The notes under the pieces are model-generated. The model saw only the letters and a list, made by a program, of their open reading frames with translations, was not told the origin of the DNA and made no database searches. Source: a virus. Taken from it: DNA of 30,921 nucleotides. Numbering within the stretch: position 1 is the first letter of the stretch; each line of letters opens with the position of its first letter. Positions 1 through 9,433 of this stretch are shown here, piece after piece. Made by a program: the position numbers and the translations under genes. Where the stretch lies: positions 1-30,921 of the IMG/VR virus record IMGVR_UViG_3300045988_097310; one strand, written 5' to 3'.

Positions 1-55
1 AAACAAGATTTACTTGTAAGTGGAACTAATATCAAAACAATCAATAGTCAGTCTT
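1..55. repeat. 55-nt terminal overlap, identical to 30867-30921 (circular closure of the contig)
   Basis: I compared the two ends base by base and they match exactly. The fiber reading frame is preserved across the junction. Confidence 0.9.
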
Positions 56-678
56 TACTTGGAGAAGGTAATATAGAAATTGAAAGTGGCTCTAATATTC
101 CATTTCTATTTATAAATTCCATTACTCATCTTTCTGGAGATTTCGCTGCTGTTAAGAATGCTATAGCTAATAAAACACCATTTGAGCTTTATTATGTAAA
201 TATTCTAGGTTATGGTGATATAGCAGCTCCAGAAGTATGTTTTGTTTCAGGAGAAAATATTCAAGCTACTTTCCATTTTGAAAGTACTACAGCTAATCAT
301 ACTGTAGTTCAAACTACTATTACTCCAACTGGAGTATCAGCAGATACTAGTTATCATAGTTATCAGGAGCAATTAGTCTCTGGGACTAATATAAAGACTA
401 TTAATGGTGAAAGTATTTTAGGAGAAGGTAATCTTGAAATATCTGGTAGTGGAGGGACTACCGATTATACTCAGTTAACAAATAAACCTCAGATTAATTC
501 TGTTGAGTTATCTGGCAATAAGAGTTTATCAGATTTAGGTATTCAGCCTGCTGGAAACTATATTGAAGCTGGAACTGGAACCCAACCTCAAATAAATACT
601 ATTACTGTTCTAACTCAATCAGAGTATGATGGTTTATCAACTAAAGATCCTAATACACAATATTTAATTGTAGAATAA
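1..678 (+). CDS. Tail fiber-like protein, 3' part of a gene that wraps the contig junction (start at 29409; about 711 aa in total)
   Basis: Frame 1 is open from base 1 to TAA at 676-678. It is in phase with the open frame 29409-30921 once the 55-nt terminal overlap is removed. It carries repeated (L)VSGTNIKTIN..S.LGEGN motifs and a fiber-like C-terminus (TQSEYDGLSTKDPNTQYLIVE). Confidence 0.75.
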   Translation, partial: KQDLLVSGTNIKTINSQSLLGEGNIEIESGSNIPFLFINSITHLSGDFAAVKNAIANKTPFELYYVNILGYGDIAAPEVCFVSGENIQATFHFESTTANHTVVQTTITPTGVSADTSYHSYQEQLVSGTNIKTINGESILGEGNLEISGSGGTTDYTQLTNKPQINSVELSGNKSLSDLGIQPAGNYIEAGTGTQPQINTITVLTQSEYDGLSTKDPNTQYLIVE

Positions 679-679
679 T

Positions 680-1801
680 ATGAATATTAGAGATGGTTTA
701 AAAACATTTTATGTAGGTGACAGACAAGGTACTGCTATTTATATTGGCAGTACCAAAGTCTGGCCTATCAATCCTTGTAATCCACAAATAGTTACAGTTG
801 CTAATCCAGTTCCTCAAGGCACTACAATAGTTGATCCTTGTAGTTATGTATTTAGCAGTTATGATGGAACTATAAATGATATACAAAGGGATTGAATGGG
901 TAGAGGATCTGGCCTTACTTCTACAGTAATTAGTTTTACTGCTGATTTAAGTGAATTAGCCCTTAATATAGATGGTGTACCTCTTTGTAGTATTATAGGT
1001 TCTGCTCAAACATATGCAGATGTAAAGTTAAATAGTGGAGATTTAAGTAGAAAAGGAGGGTTTTTTAAAACATCTCATTTTGATCTAAATAACCAGGAGA
1101 TTACTAATCTTAATGAAGCATATGGAAGATGGTATAGTGAATCTCAATTTTTGGGTCAAACAATACATAGTGCTACTTTATCTAATGTTAAAATACCTAC
1201 AACTACTAAAGAAGTAAGTGCAAATTATTTATTTATTGGAGTAGAAATAGATAATAATGATTTCTCTGTAATGAATAATTTTCAAAATCTTGTATTAGTA
1301 GATCCAAAATGGGCATTTGCAGAGACAGCTGATGGAGCTACTAATATAGATAATATAACGATTAATATTCCATTTAAAGGAGATTGTAATCATATGTTTC
1401 ATAGAGCATTATATCTAACAACTATTCCAAGTAATTTTACCTTTACTGGAATTACAGATATAAGCTATATGTTTAGTACTTGTAGTAGATTAACAGCTAC
1501 ACCAGAAATAGATTGCCATCTTGTTACAGATTGTACTAGTTTTGCTGCAAATTGTCCAGAATTAGTAACTGTAGGAGCTTTAAATGGATTAGGAGAGAGT
1601 TTAACTAAAGGAGGAGTTCTTTATTTTGCACAATCTCCAAATTTATCTACAGATTCATTACAAAATATAGCAGAATCTATTGGCACAGCAGTAAGTTCTA
1701 ATACAAGTATATCATTCAAATCTACTGCATATGATAAATTAACAGATGAACAGAAATCATTAATCGCTTCAAAGAATTGGAGCATAAATCGAGTTGCATA
1801 A
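680..1801 (+). CDS. Fiber/receptor-binding candidate with DUF285 (BspA-like) repeats; track ORFs 680-895 and 896-1801 fuse through TGA 893-895
   Basis: Both track ORFs share one frame and are separated only by TGA. The sequence has DUF285-like repeats (NHMFHRALYLTTIP, ISYMFSTCSRLTATPEI, CTSFAANCPELVTV). The C-terminus EQKSLIASKNWSI is paralogous to the end of 2698-3717. Confidence 0.7.
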
Positions 1802-1803
1802 TT

Positions 1804-2040
1804 ATGAAAATTGAAATTAAAGAAAAATATAAAGTAGTTAGTCCAGAAGAAGGTTATGTACTTACTAACTATAAAGAAGGAATGGATATTAAATTATACA
1901 GTTCATTTACTGAATGTATCTGTCCTTTAAGTTGCGATTTAGAGCATCTATCAGAAGTCTCTTTAGATAAGGATGCTGAATATAAAGAGTTAGCTATTAA
2001 AGCTTCTAAAGAGTATGAGGAATCAATAAAAGTTAGATAA
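1804..2040 (+). CDS. Hypothetical small protein (78 aa) in the fiber cassette
   Basis: ATG at 1804 follows the upstream stop closely, and the frame is open to TAA at 2038-2040. I recognised no motif. Confidence 0.5.
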   Translation: MKIEIKEKYKVVSPEEGYVLTNYKEGMDIKLYSSFTECICPLSCDLEHLSEVSLDKDAEYKELAIKASKEYEESIKVR

Positions 2041-2042
2041 TT

Positions 2043-2696
2043 ATGATTATACTTAAGAATACTAAAAATACACAGACTTTCTATGTAAGTAAGAAATGTG
2101 GTATTGAATCTGGACAACTTCCTGTTGGTTCTTATACTAAGATTGAAGCAGATGAAAGATTCCAACCTAAAGGTAATTACATTTCTGAAGAGAAAGCAGA
2201 AGAGTTAATTGATACTAAAGTAACAGAAAGTATTGAAGAGCAAGTTCCCCCTTTAGTAGATCAATCTATTGATGCTAAACTTGTTCCAATTAATACTGAG
2301 ATTACTAATCTTAAAGGAGAAGTTGAGGAGTTAGAAACTTCTAAGATGGAAGTATTCCAAGCTAATCAACCTCTATCTTTACATAGAAATGGAGAAGGTT
2401 TGCAATTATCTGTAGATTTAAGTAATTATGCAACTAAAGCAGAAATTCCTGATACTAGTGATTTTGCTACTAAAGAAGAGCTTACAGCTGTAGAGAATAA
2501 GATTCCTGATGTATCTGGATTAGCTACGAAAGATGAAGTTGCACTTAAAGCAGATAAAAGTGAGTTATCAAACTATGTAACTACAGATGCATATAATACA
2601 AAGATGACAGAGTTAGATGGAGAAATCTCAGCAGTTCAAGCTCAGATTGGTAATATTTCAACTACTCTTGATACAATTAATGGTGAAGTAATCTAA
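2043..2696 (+). CDS. Tail fiber-like coiled-coil protein
   Basis: Intact 217-aa ORF. It has short periodic repeats (NYATKAEIPDTSDFATKEELTAVENKIPDVSGLATKDEVALKADKSEL) like those in the C-terminal half of the 29409 fiber. Confidence 0.7.
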   Translation: MIILKNTKNTQTFYVSKKCGIESGQLPVGSYTKIEADERFQPKGNYISEEKAEELIDTKVTESIEEQVPPLVDQSIDAKLVPINTEITNLKGEVEELETSKMEVFQANQPLSLHRNGEGLQLSVDLSNYATKAEIPDTSDFATKEELTAVENKIPDVSGLATKDEVALKADKSELSNYVTTDAYNTKMTELDGEISAVQAQIGNISTTLDTINGEVI

Positions 2697-2697
2697 T

Positions 2698-3717
2698 ATG
2701 GCAAATACAATTTCTGATAAATTAACGTATCTTGAAGGTACTAAGAGTGCCATTAAAGATGCTATTGTAGCTAAAGGTGTTGCTGTATCAGATTCAGATA
2801 CCTTTAGAAGCTATGCAGATAAGATAGGACAGATTTCTGGAGGTGGTGGAGGAAAGGTTAATTTAAATGATTATGGATTAACACTTGCATTTTCTAATAT
2901 GTCACAAGAACAATATGATAATGTTACATATTCATTTGATGATACTAGTTCTACAAAATGATTTTTTCAAGACGCAAATTTAAATGGTATAACAATAAAT
3001 TTAAATAGTCTATTTAATATTTTGAATTATAATTTAGAGTATACTTTTTATCAAATTAAATGTTCTGATATTTTATTTCCAGCAGAAATATATTGTAGTA
3101 ATGCTAACTTTGCTTTTTATAATACTCAAATACAAGACAGTTCTCCAATAATTCAAAAATTTATTATTGAAGAGAATGGTAATTCTAGTTTTACCAGTAC
3201 TTTTGCATACTCTGTTATTAATGTAAATGAAATTGAGTTTAATAGTTCTAGATCAAGTTGTTCAATTCATATGTCTAGTATGTTTAATGGAGTTCAAAAA
3301 GATAGAGTGACAATATTGCCAACTATGAAATTTAATATTACGGGTAATGTAATTAATATGGAAATAGGAGGATTCTACGAACAATTACCTGATAATATAA
3401 CTGAACTTCCTGAATGAGATGTTACAAGTATAAGTGCAGCAGGACAAAACTTTTCTAATTGGCCATTTTATAGCTGATCTTCCAATAATACTTATATAAC
3501 TGATATGGGAGGAATAGTAGGGTTAAAAACGTATTTAGATTTAAGTAAACTGCCAAGTCTTAATTCTTTGGCTATTGATAATATTCTAAATAAAGCTGCT
3601 GATTTAACTGGAGAAGTGCCTCAAACTATTACATTTGCAGCAGATGTTTATAATGCACTTACTGAAGAACAGAAATCATTAGCTACATCTAAAAACTGAA
3701 CTTTAGCATCAGCATAA
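2698..3717 (+). CDS. Second DUF285/BspA-like receptor-binding candidate; three track ORFs plus linkers fuse through four in-frame TGAs
   Basis: ORFs 2698-2961, 3022-3417 and 3505-3699 share one frame. The TGAs are at 2959, 3415, 3475 and 3697, and the true stop is TAA at 3715-3717. TGA 3415 yields the DUF285-type LPE-W-DVTSI motif. TGA 3697 (SKN-W-TL) aligns with TGG 1778-1780 (SKN-W-SI) in the paralog. Confidence 0.75.
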
Positions 3718-3721
3718 ATTT

Positions 3722-3771
3722 TGTCAGTTTTTATTTTTTCTTAGTACTTTGAGTGAGTAAAAAACTTGACA
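3722..3771 (+). repeat. Copy 1 of a conserved 50-nt imperfect palindrome (TGTCA-N40-TGACA) ending in the invariant 17-mer GAGTAAAAAACTTGACA (3755-3771)
   Basis: The 17-mer is identical in all four copies (3755, 11219, 17382, 25928). Length and flanking half-sites are conserved. The copy is intergenic. Confidence 0.85.
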
Positions 3772-3797
3772 TTAAAGGAGGCTTAGGTCTCCTTTAA
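3772..3797 (+). terminator. Hairpin directly after repeat copy 1 (TTAAAGGAG / loop gcttaggt / CTCCTTTAA), followed by a T-rich tract
   Basis: The 9-bp stem can be read directly in the sequence. It lies at the end of the fiber cassette, 68 nt before the next start codon. Confidence 0.5.
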
Positions 3798-3864
3798 TTA
3801 TTTTAATACATTAGTAAATTGGTTTATATTTTAAGAAAAAGATATGTAAAACTAATGTAAAATT

Positions 3865-4530
3865 ATGCAAAGTGGAACAATTTATAAAATAACTAATTTA
3901 ATAAACAATAAGATTTATATTGGAAAAACCACCAGAGATATTAAGCGTAGGTTCATTGAGCATAAACTGAAAGCAAAATCTGGTTTGGATTATCATTTAA
4001 GTCGAGCTATTAGGAAATATGGAGATAAAAATTTTATTATCGAAGCTATACAGGTATTTTGTTGTACCTCAGAAAGTTTATTAAATAGAAAATTAGATGA
4101 AGCTGAAAAGAAATATATTAATTTATTTAATTCTAAAATAAATGGATATAATATGACAGATGGAGGAGATGGTGGATTTGGACATATAATAACTGAGGAA
4201 ACGAGAAAAAGATTGTCTGAAGCAAAAAGAGGGGAAAAGAATCCAAATTACGGTAAACATACTAGTAATTATTGTAGATCTGGAGAATTTCATCCTTTAT
4301 ATGGAAAATCAAGAAGTGAGGAATGTAAACAAGCTATGAAAGAAGCTTGAAAGACTAGGCCAAATCCCAAATATAAATATATTCTCAGATACTCTTTAGA
4401 TGGAAAACTAATTAAAAAATATAGTCGAATTAGAGAGCTAGAAGACGAATTTACAAGAAGTGGTGTATATAATGCTTTAAGAGGCATAATTCCCACATAT
4501 AAAAAATATATTTGAAAATATGAATTATAG
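3865..4530 (+). CDS. GIY-YIG homing endonuclease (I-TevI-like) with a C-terminal NUMOD/IENR-type DNA-binding tail
   Basis: N-terminus GTIYKITNLINNKIYIGKT...RRFIEH...RAIRKYG is a GIY-YIG core. In-frame TGAs lie at 4348 and 4513. The second gives the family-typical ending KKYI-W-KYEL. The stop is TAG at 4528-4530. Confidence 0.85.
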
Positions 4531-4906
4531 TCTTGTTCTTCAGCATACTGTAACAAAACAAATTTATATTTATAATTTAAATAATCAGAATTATTCTGAA
4601 AATATATATTATAAATTTGATATAACGTTAGATGATAATACACCAGATGGAGAGTATCAGTATGTATTATTTTATAACCCAAATAAATGGGAAATCGTCA
4701 TAGACCCAAATAACATATATCAAGATCAGTACAATAGCTATGTATTAGTCACCTATGATAATATATTAACTACAAATACTAAAATTCTGATAGCTGGAAA
4801 ACCTATTCCAATTCTTAGTACTGGTTTAATTAGAATTGGGGATTATGAAAATCAAAGATACCAATATGATAGACAAAATCAATATATAAGCTATGAAAGA
4901 AAATAA
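4520..4906 (+). CDS. Hypothetical protein (128 aa) upstream of the portal gene
   Basis: Intact ORF that overlaps the upstream stop and the portal start. I recognised no family. Confidence 0.55.
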   Translation: MNYSLVLQHTVTKQIYIYNLNNQNYSENIYYKFDITLDDNTPDGEYQYVLFYNPNKWEIVIDPNNIYQDQYNSYVLVTYDNILTTNTKILIAGKPIPILSTGLIRIGDYENQRYQYDRQNQYISYERK

Positions 4907-5981
4907 AATAAAATCAAATCTAAAACTCTCAGCCATAGATCCTTTCATTCAATCTAACATCGTTCTTCCAACGGAAACAAGGAAAAGAGGTTCTGATATG
5001 ATAATGTGAGGAGAAGATAACAAATATCCATTATATCTATGGGATTTATATTTAAATGTTGCTACTCTCCAATCTATTATTAATGGTTCTGCTGACTTTA
5101 TTGTTGGTAATGATGTTAAATGTAATGCTCCAGGATTTGAGGTAGTTGTAAACAAGAAAGGTGAAACAATAGTTGATATAATGAGAAAAATCACTATTGA
5201 TAAGATGATATTTGGAGGTTATGCTATCCAAGTAATTAGAGATATGCTTGGAAGAGTTGCAGAGATCTATCATATTGATTTTATGAATGTAAGGTCGAGT
5301 GAAAAGAATGATGTATTATATTATGCAACTGATTGGACAGCTTGGTCTGTAAAAGCTATAAAATATCCAAAATTTGGAGCTGGGGATGAAAATCCAGCTA
5401 GTATATTTTATAATAAAGGTTATATAACAAGAGGAGTATATCCTATTCCTGTTTATGGGGCTGCTATTTTATCTTGCGAAACTGAGAAAAATATTAATGA
5501 ATTCCATTTAAATAACATCAATAATGGATTTATGGGTAATCTTATTATTAACTTTAATAATGGGGAACCTACAGATGAAATTAGAGAGGAGATTGAGAGG
5601 AATATTAATGAGAAGTTCTCTGGTTATCAGAATGCTGGCAGAATATTGATTTCATATAATGCAGATGAGGCAAATAAGACTACTATTGAAAGATTAGATT
5701 CTGATGATTTTGATGAGAAATATCAATCATTATCTGAGAGAACCAGAGATCAAATATTCTGTGCCTTCAGAGCTAATCCTAACTTATTTGGAATTAACTC
5801 AGATTCAACTGGTTTTAATGAGCAAGAATTTGAATCTTCATTCAAGCTTTATAATAGAACTATGATTAGACCTATTCAGAAAGAGATTTGTGATTCATTT
5901 GATAAGATCTTTGGAATGCAGAATTCAATCACAATTTCACCATTTAGCCTTAATGAAGCTGATACTAAACAAGTTGAATAA
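4893..5981 (+). CDS. Portal protein
   Basis: ATG 4893 is in frame with track ORF 5181-5981, and the only interruption is TGA 5007-5009 (MIM-W-GEDNKYPLYLWDLY). Length (362 aa), position and the portal-like N-terminal region (QSIINGSADFIVGNDV) fit a portal. Confidence 0.75.
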
Positions 5982-6664
5982 TGGAAAATAATTATAGAAA
6001 TGTACTATTAATATCTGAAGATTATATAAAATCAGAATCTAATCTAGACAATAATGTTTCTGGTAAATATCTTCAGTCAGCAATTAAACTTGCACAAGAT
6101 ATTGAGCTTCAGTCATTAATTGGAACTAAGCTCTTAGAAAAGATTCAGAAATTAGTAATTGATTGAAAAGATCCAAATAAACCAGTTCATCCAATAGAAC
6201 CTCCTATTTATGATCCTACTTCAATAGATGACCCAGAAAATCATAGATATAAAGAATTGCTAGATTACTATATTCAGCCTTATTTACTTTATCAAGTATT
6301 AAGTGAGATTACTATACCCATCTCATTTAAGCTGAGTAATTTTGGGGTTATGAGGACTGATGATGAGAAAGATTTAACTTCTGATATTAGCCAAGTTAAT
6401 CTTATTAAGAAATATTATAGAGATAAAGCAGATTTCTTTAAAACGAGATTACAAAATTGGGTAATTACATATTATAATGATTTTCCTGAATTGTATTCTT
6501 ATAAACCTCTTAAAGATATGTATCCAAATATGTATTCAAGTTCATCTTGTACTATTTGGTTAGGTGGAGCTAGAGGTAAAGGTTGGAGATATAATTCTTG
6601 TGAAGGTCCTCTGCAAAGAGCTTATGATTTCCCTTCAAGTGATAACAATAAAAAGAGTAAGTAA
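5981..6664 (+). CDS. Head-tail connector-like protein (gp6-like); track ORFs 5981-6166 and 6257-6664 fuse through TGA 6164-6166
   Basis: Both ORFs share one frame and the linker has no TAA or TAG. The N-terminus (YLQSAIKLAQDIELQSLIGTKLLEKI) resembles connector/adaptor proteins. Confidence 0.6.
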
Positions 6665-6665
6665 G

Positions 6666-7091
6666 ATGACGTATTTTGAATTAATAAACAATTTAAAAGC
6701 TTGTGCTCTTGAAGAACCCAATATTAATTTTGTAGGAAGTAAGGATATATATGAACTTAATAGTATCCCAACTATTGAATATAATGTATTTTATATAACT
6801 CCAAATACATTTAATATGGATGAGGATACTATTACTTACTCTTTAAATCTCTATTTTATAGCAAGATGGGATGAGACTGATAATAATCAGCTTGAAGAGC
6901 AATCAGCTGGAATATTAGCATTAACTAATATAATTAACCGATTTAATAACCAATATCCAGAAGTTGATATTTCTTATCCTTTAATTTTTACTCCATTTTA
7001 TCAGAAGTTCAAAGATATTTGTACTGGAGTATTTGTTAGAGTTGATTTAGCTGTAGACAATACTCTGGGTACTTGTTCTGATAATATGTAA
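6666..7091 (+). CDS. Hypothetical structural (neck or tail-completion) protein
   Basis: ATG 6666 lies directly after the upstream stop and is in frame with track ORF 6564-7091. The gene sits in the head-tail joining neighbourhood. Confidence 0.55.
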   Translation: MTYFELINNLKACALEEPNINFVGSKDIYELNSIPTIEYNVFYITPNTFNMDEDTITYSLNLYFIARWDETDNNQLEEQSAGILALTNIINRFNNQYPEVDISYPLIFTPFYQKFKDICTGVFVRVDLAVDNTLGTCSDNM

Positions 7092-7747
7092 TGGAAAATA
7101 AATTAAACTGGTTTGGAAAGGTATTAGAATGAGTAGATAAATATGGATTACTAAAGATATTTAAAGCAGGGATTGGATTAATATTTATATCCTATGTAAT
7201 GGTTATTACACTTAATCCCTCTATTGTTTATAATAAGGTTGTAACCTATATTGAACAAACTCACAATTCTAAAACTATTGCAAGAAATGAAGCAACTTTG
7301 AAGATTAAATATAAGCTTAAAGAATTGCTTCAAAGTACCAATGCTGATAGAGCTTGGGTTATTGAATATCATAATGGAACTACTGGATTAGGAGGACTTC
7401 CATTTACCTATGGAGTAATGAATGCAGAGGAAGTAAAACCAGGAATAAGACCTGTAAGTAGCCATTATAAAGATTTCCTGTTATCTGACTATACTTCAAT
7501 TATAGAGTTTTCTAAGAATGATGGATGGTTTGGTAATATAGATAGTTTAGAAGCAGATGATCCAAGATTATATTATGCATTTAAATCCAACAGAGTGAAT
7601 GAAATAGCAGTATTTTATTTAAAGACTGAGGATAAAGATATTGGCATTTTAGGTTTATCATTCTGTGATACACCTATGCCTTATGATACTTGAGTACATC
7701 TAAGAAGAGCTGGAATACAGATAAGTATAATTTTAAATAAAATATAA
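7091..7747 (+). CDS. Membrane-anchored protein (218 aa), first gene of the putative lysis cassette
   Basis: ATG 7091 overlaps the upstream TAA. TGAs at 7130 (VLE-W-VDKYG) and 7691 (YDT-W-VHL) are in frame. A hydrophobic helix (LLKIFKAGIGLIFISYVMVITL) lies near the N-terminus. The stop is TAA at 7745-7747. Confidence 0.6.
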
Positions 7748-7748
7748 T

Positions 7749-7910
7749 ATGAAATATTGGTTAAAATATGTAATTGCAGTAGTTATTATTCTGCTGATAT
7801 GTTTACTAATTAAAGTAATTCCTTTTTGGATTACTGTAGTATTACTTGTAATAGGTGTAGCTTCACATCTATTTTATAGATACGTTATGATTAAAGATGT
7901 ACTTAAATAA
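7749..7910 (+). CDS. Small two-TM protein (53 aa), holin candidate (too short for the ORF track)
   Basis: Translation is MKYWLKYVIAVVIILLICLLIKVIPFWITVVLLVIGVASHLFYRYVMIKDVLK. It has two hydrophobic segments and a charged tail. It lies immediately upstream of the endolysin with a TAATG overlap. Confidence 0.5.
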   Translation: MKYWLKYVIAVVIILLICLLIKVIPFWITVVLLVIGVASHLFYRYVMIKDVLK

Positions 7911-8362
7911 TGAAGTATTTCACACTCGAAGAATTAACAAGATCTGATACTGCTTCAATTAAGCATATAGATAACACTCCAGATGAGAGTATAACAGAGC
8001 ACCTGATAGAGTTGGTCGAGAAGCTTTTAGACCCAATAAGAGAGAGATGGGCAAAGTATTGTGATGACAATCAGCTTGGTAACGCAGGCATCAGGATTTC
8101 CTCTGGTTTTAGAAATAAGGAGCTTAATAAAGCAGTAGGAGGATCTTCAACTTCTGCTCATTTAACAGGGTATGCAGCAGATATATCTCCAATTAATGGT
8201 AATATGAAAGTATTCCAAAGTTGGATTGCTGAAGCTATTGAAGAATTTGATTTCGACCAGTTGATATATGAAAGGCCTAGGAATGGTATAGCAAGTTGAA
8301 TACACTTGGGATTAAAGAATAAAGACGGGATGCAAAGACGACAGAAATTTACTATTATATAA
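7910..8362 (+). CDS. Endolysin, zinc peptidase M15 (VanY / D-Ala-D-Ala carboxypeptidase-like)
   Basis: Carries SGFR, the metal motif SAHLTGYAADI (H..G.A.D) and GIAS-W-IHLG. The W of the conserved SWIH motif is encoded by TGA 8297-8299. The stop is TAA at 8360-8362. Confidence 0.85.
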
Positions 8363-8955
8363 TGTTTTACTATTGTTATAAAATAATTTTAACTGCAGGT
8401 ACATTAAGAGGCAAGTATTATATTGGGAAAAGGATTTATAGAGGTAAAGACATAAATAAAGATCCATATAAAGGATCAGGAAGGATTATTACTAATTATT
8501 ACAAAAGATTCCCTAATGCATACCAAAAGATTATTTTGGCAACTTGCACTAATGCAGATGAATTATCTAAATTAGAATACAAACTAATTGGAGATAAATG
8601 GGACACTGATCCTATGTGTTTAAATTTGAAACCTGGAGGAGAAGGAGGCAATTACGGAGTCAAATTTAATTCTGAATGAAAGAAGAAACTGTCTAATTCT
8701 AATAAGGGAAAGAAACATAATTGCCCAGAATCTTGAAGAGTTAAAGTAGATGCTCATAACAAACAAAGATGTCGTAAAGTAGCTCAGTATGATTTAGATG
8801 GTAATTTTATTCAAGAGTATGAAAGTTGCACAGAAGCAGCCAAATCTGTAGGAACTGATAGAGGAGCTATTAGTAGAGTATGTGGTGGATTAGCAAATAC
8901 AGCTAAAGGATTCAAGTGAAGATATGTTAATAAAAAAGAAAAGGAGGGCAAATAA
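8362..8955 (+). CDS. Divergent GIY-YIG-type homing endonuclease with a C-terminal DNA-binding module
   Basis: N-terminus CYKIILTAGTLRGKYYIGKR. In-frame TGAs lie at 8677, about 8734 and 8917. The last gives the family-typical AKGFK-W-RY ending. Confidence 0.65.
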
Positions 8956-8970
8956 CCCTCCTTTTTGTTT
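8941..8970. terminator. Bidirectional intrinsic terminator between convergent gene blocks
   Basis: AAGGAGGG / loop caaataa / CCCTCCTT followed by TTTGTTT. It lies between the end of the plus-strand GIY-YIG gene and the end of the minus-strand block. Confidence 0.7.
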
Positions 8971-9109
8971 ATTCCATTATCTCAAATAATTTCTCATCTT
9001 TAGGTATTAATTCTCCAGTTTGTAAATCTACTAAGAATTTACTATTTTCGGGAATTACATAAACGTAATTTACTCCATTTAAGCATAATTTATATGTAAA
9101 GTACTTCAT
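8969..9109 (-). CDS. Hypothetical small protein (46 aa)
   Basis: ATG at 9109 and TAA at 8971-8969, hand-translated (MKYFTYKLCLNGVNYVYVIPEN...). Last gene of the minus-strand operon. Short, so weakly supported. Confidence 0.35.
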   Translation of the reverse strand: MKYFTYKLCLNGVNYVYVIPENSKFLVDLQTGELIPKDEKLFEIME

Positions 9110-9110
9110 A

Positions 9111-9251
9111 TTAGTCAATATATGTTGCGTTAGGAATCTCTGGTTTGGGTGTTTCTTTTACTTCTTCCCAAACTAAACCTCTATTCTGGTTTTCTAGTTG
9201 AACTATTCTATATTCTAGTTCTTCAAGCTTTTTAAATAAATAATCATCCAT
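9111..9251 (-). CDS. Hypothetical small coiled-coil protein (46 aa)
   Basis: Hand-translated as MDDYLFKKLEELEYRIVQLENQNRGLVWEEV... It is tightly packed against its neighbours. Confidence 0.35.
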   Translation of the reverse strand: MDDYLFKKLEELEYRIVQLENQNRGLVWEEVKETPKPEIPNATYID

Positions 9252-9253
9252 AA

Positions 9254-9415
9254 TTAATCAAATTTAGAAATAAACATATAATCTTTATCTTTTAATACTT
9301 TATCTATAATATCACCAAATCTTTTAGTAGCCTCTTTACATTCGAGCATTCATTTATCCAATTCTTTAATATACTCTTCTGTTTGTTTAATTGTTTCTTT
9401 AATATCACTTTCCAT
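9254..9415 (-). CDS. Hypothetical small protein (53 aa) with one in-frame TGA
   Basis: Hand-translated as MESDIKETIKQTEEYIKELDK-W-MLECKEATKRFGD... Under the standard code this would be two mini-ORFs joined at TGAATG. Confidence 0.35.
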
Positions 9416-9433
9416 ATCACAAATATAATATTT

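Noticed and set aside
3766-3771. TTGACA at the end of each repeat could be a sigma-70 -35 box.
   Set aside because: No TATAAT-like -10 lies 16-18 nt downstream in copies 1-3, because that position is inside the hairpin stems. The other cues indicate a host that uses -33/-7 promoters. A role as part of a phage-sigma promoter remains open.
7910-8362. A Mycoplasma or Spiroplasma host is the simplest explanation for table 4, and DUF285 is common there.
   Set aside because: A peptidoglycan M15 peptidase with a holin-like partner makes little sense for a wall-less host. The promoter architecture, the lack of Shine-Dalgarno motifs and the BACON-like domains point elsewhere. I cannot formally exclude it without host linkage data.
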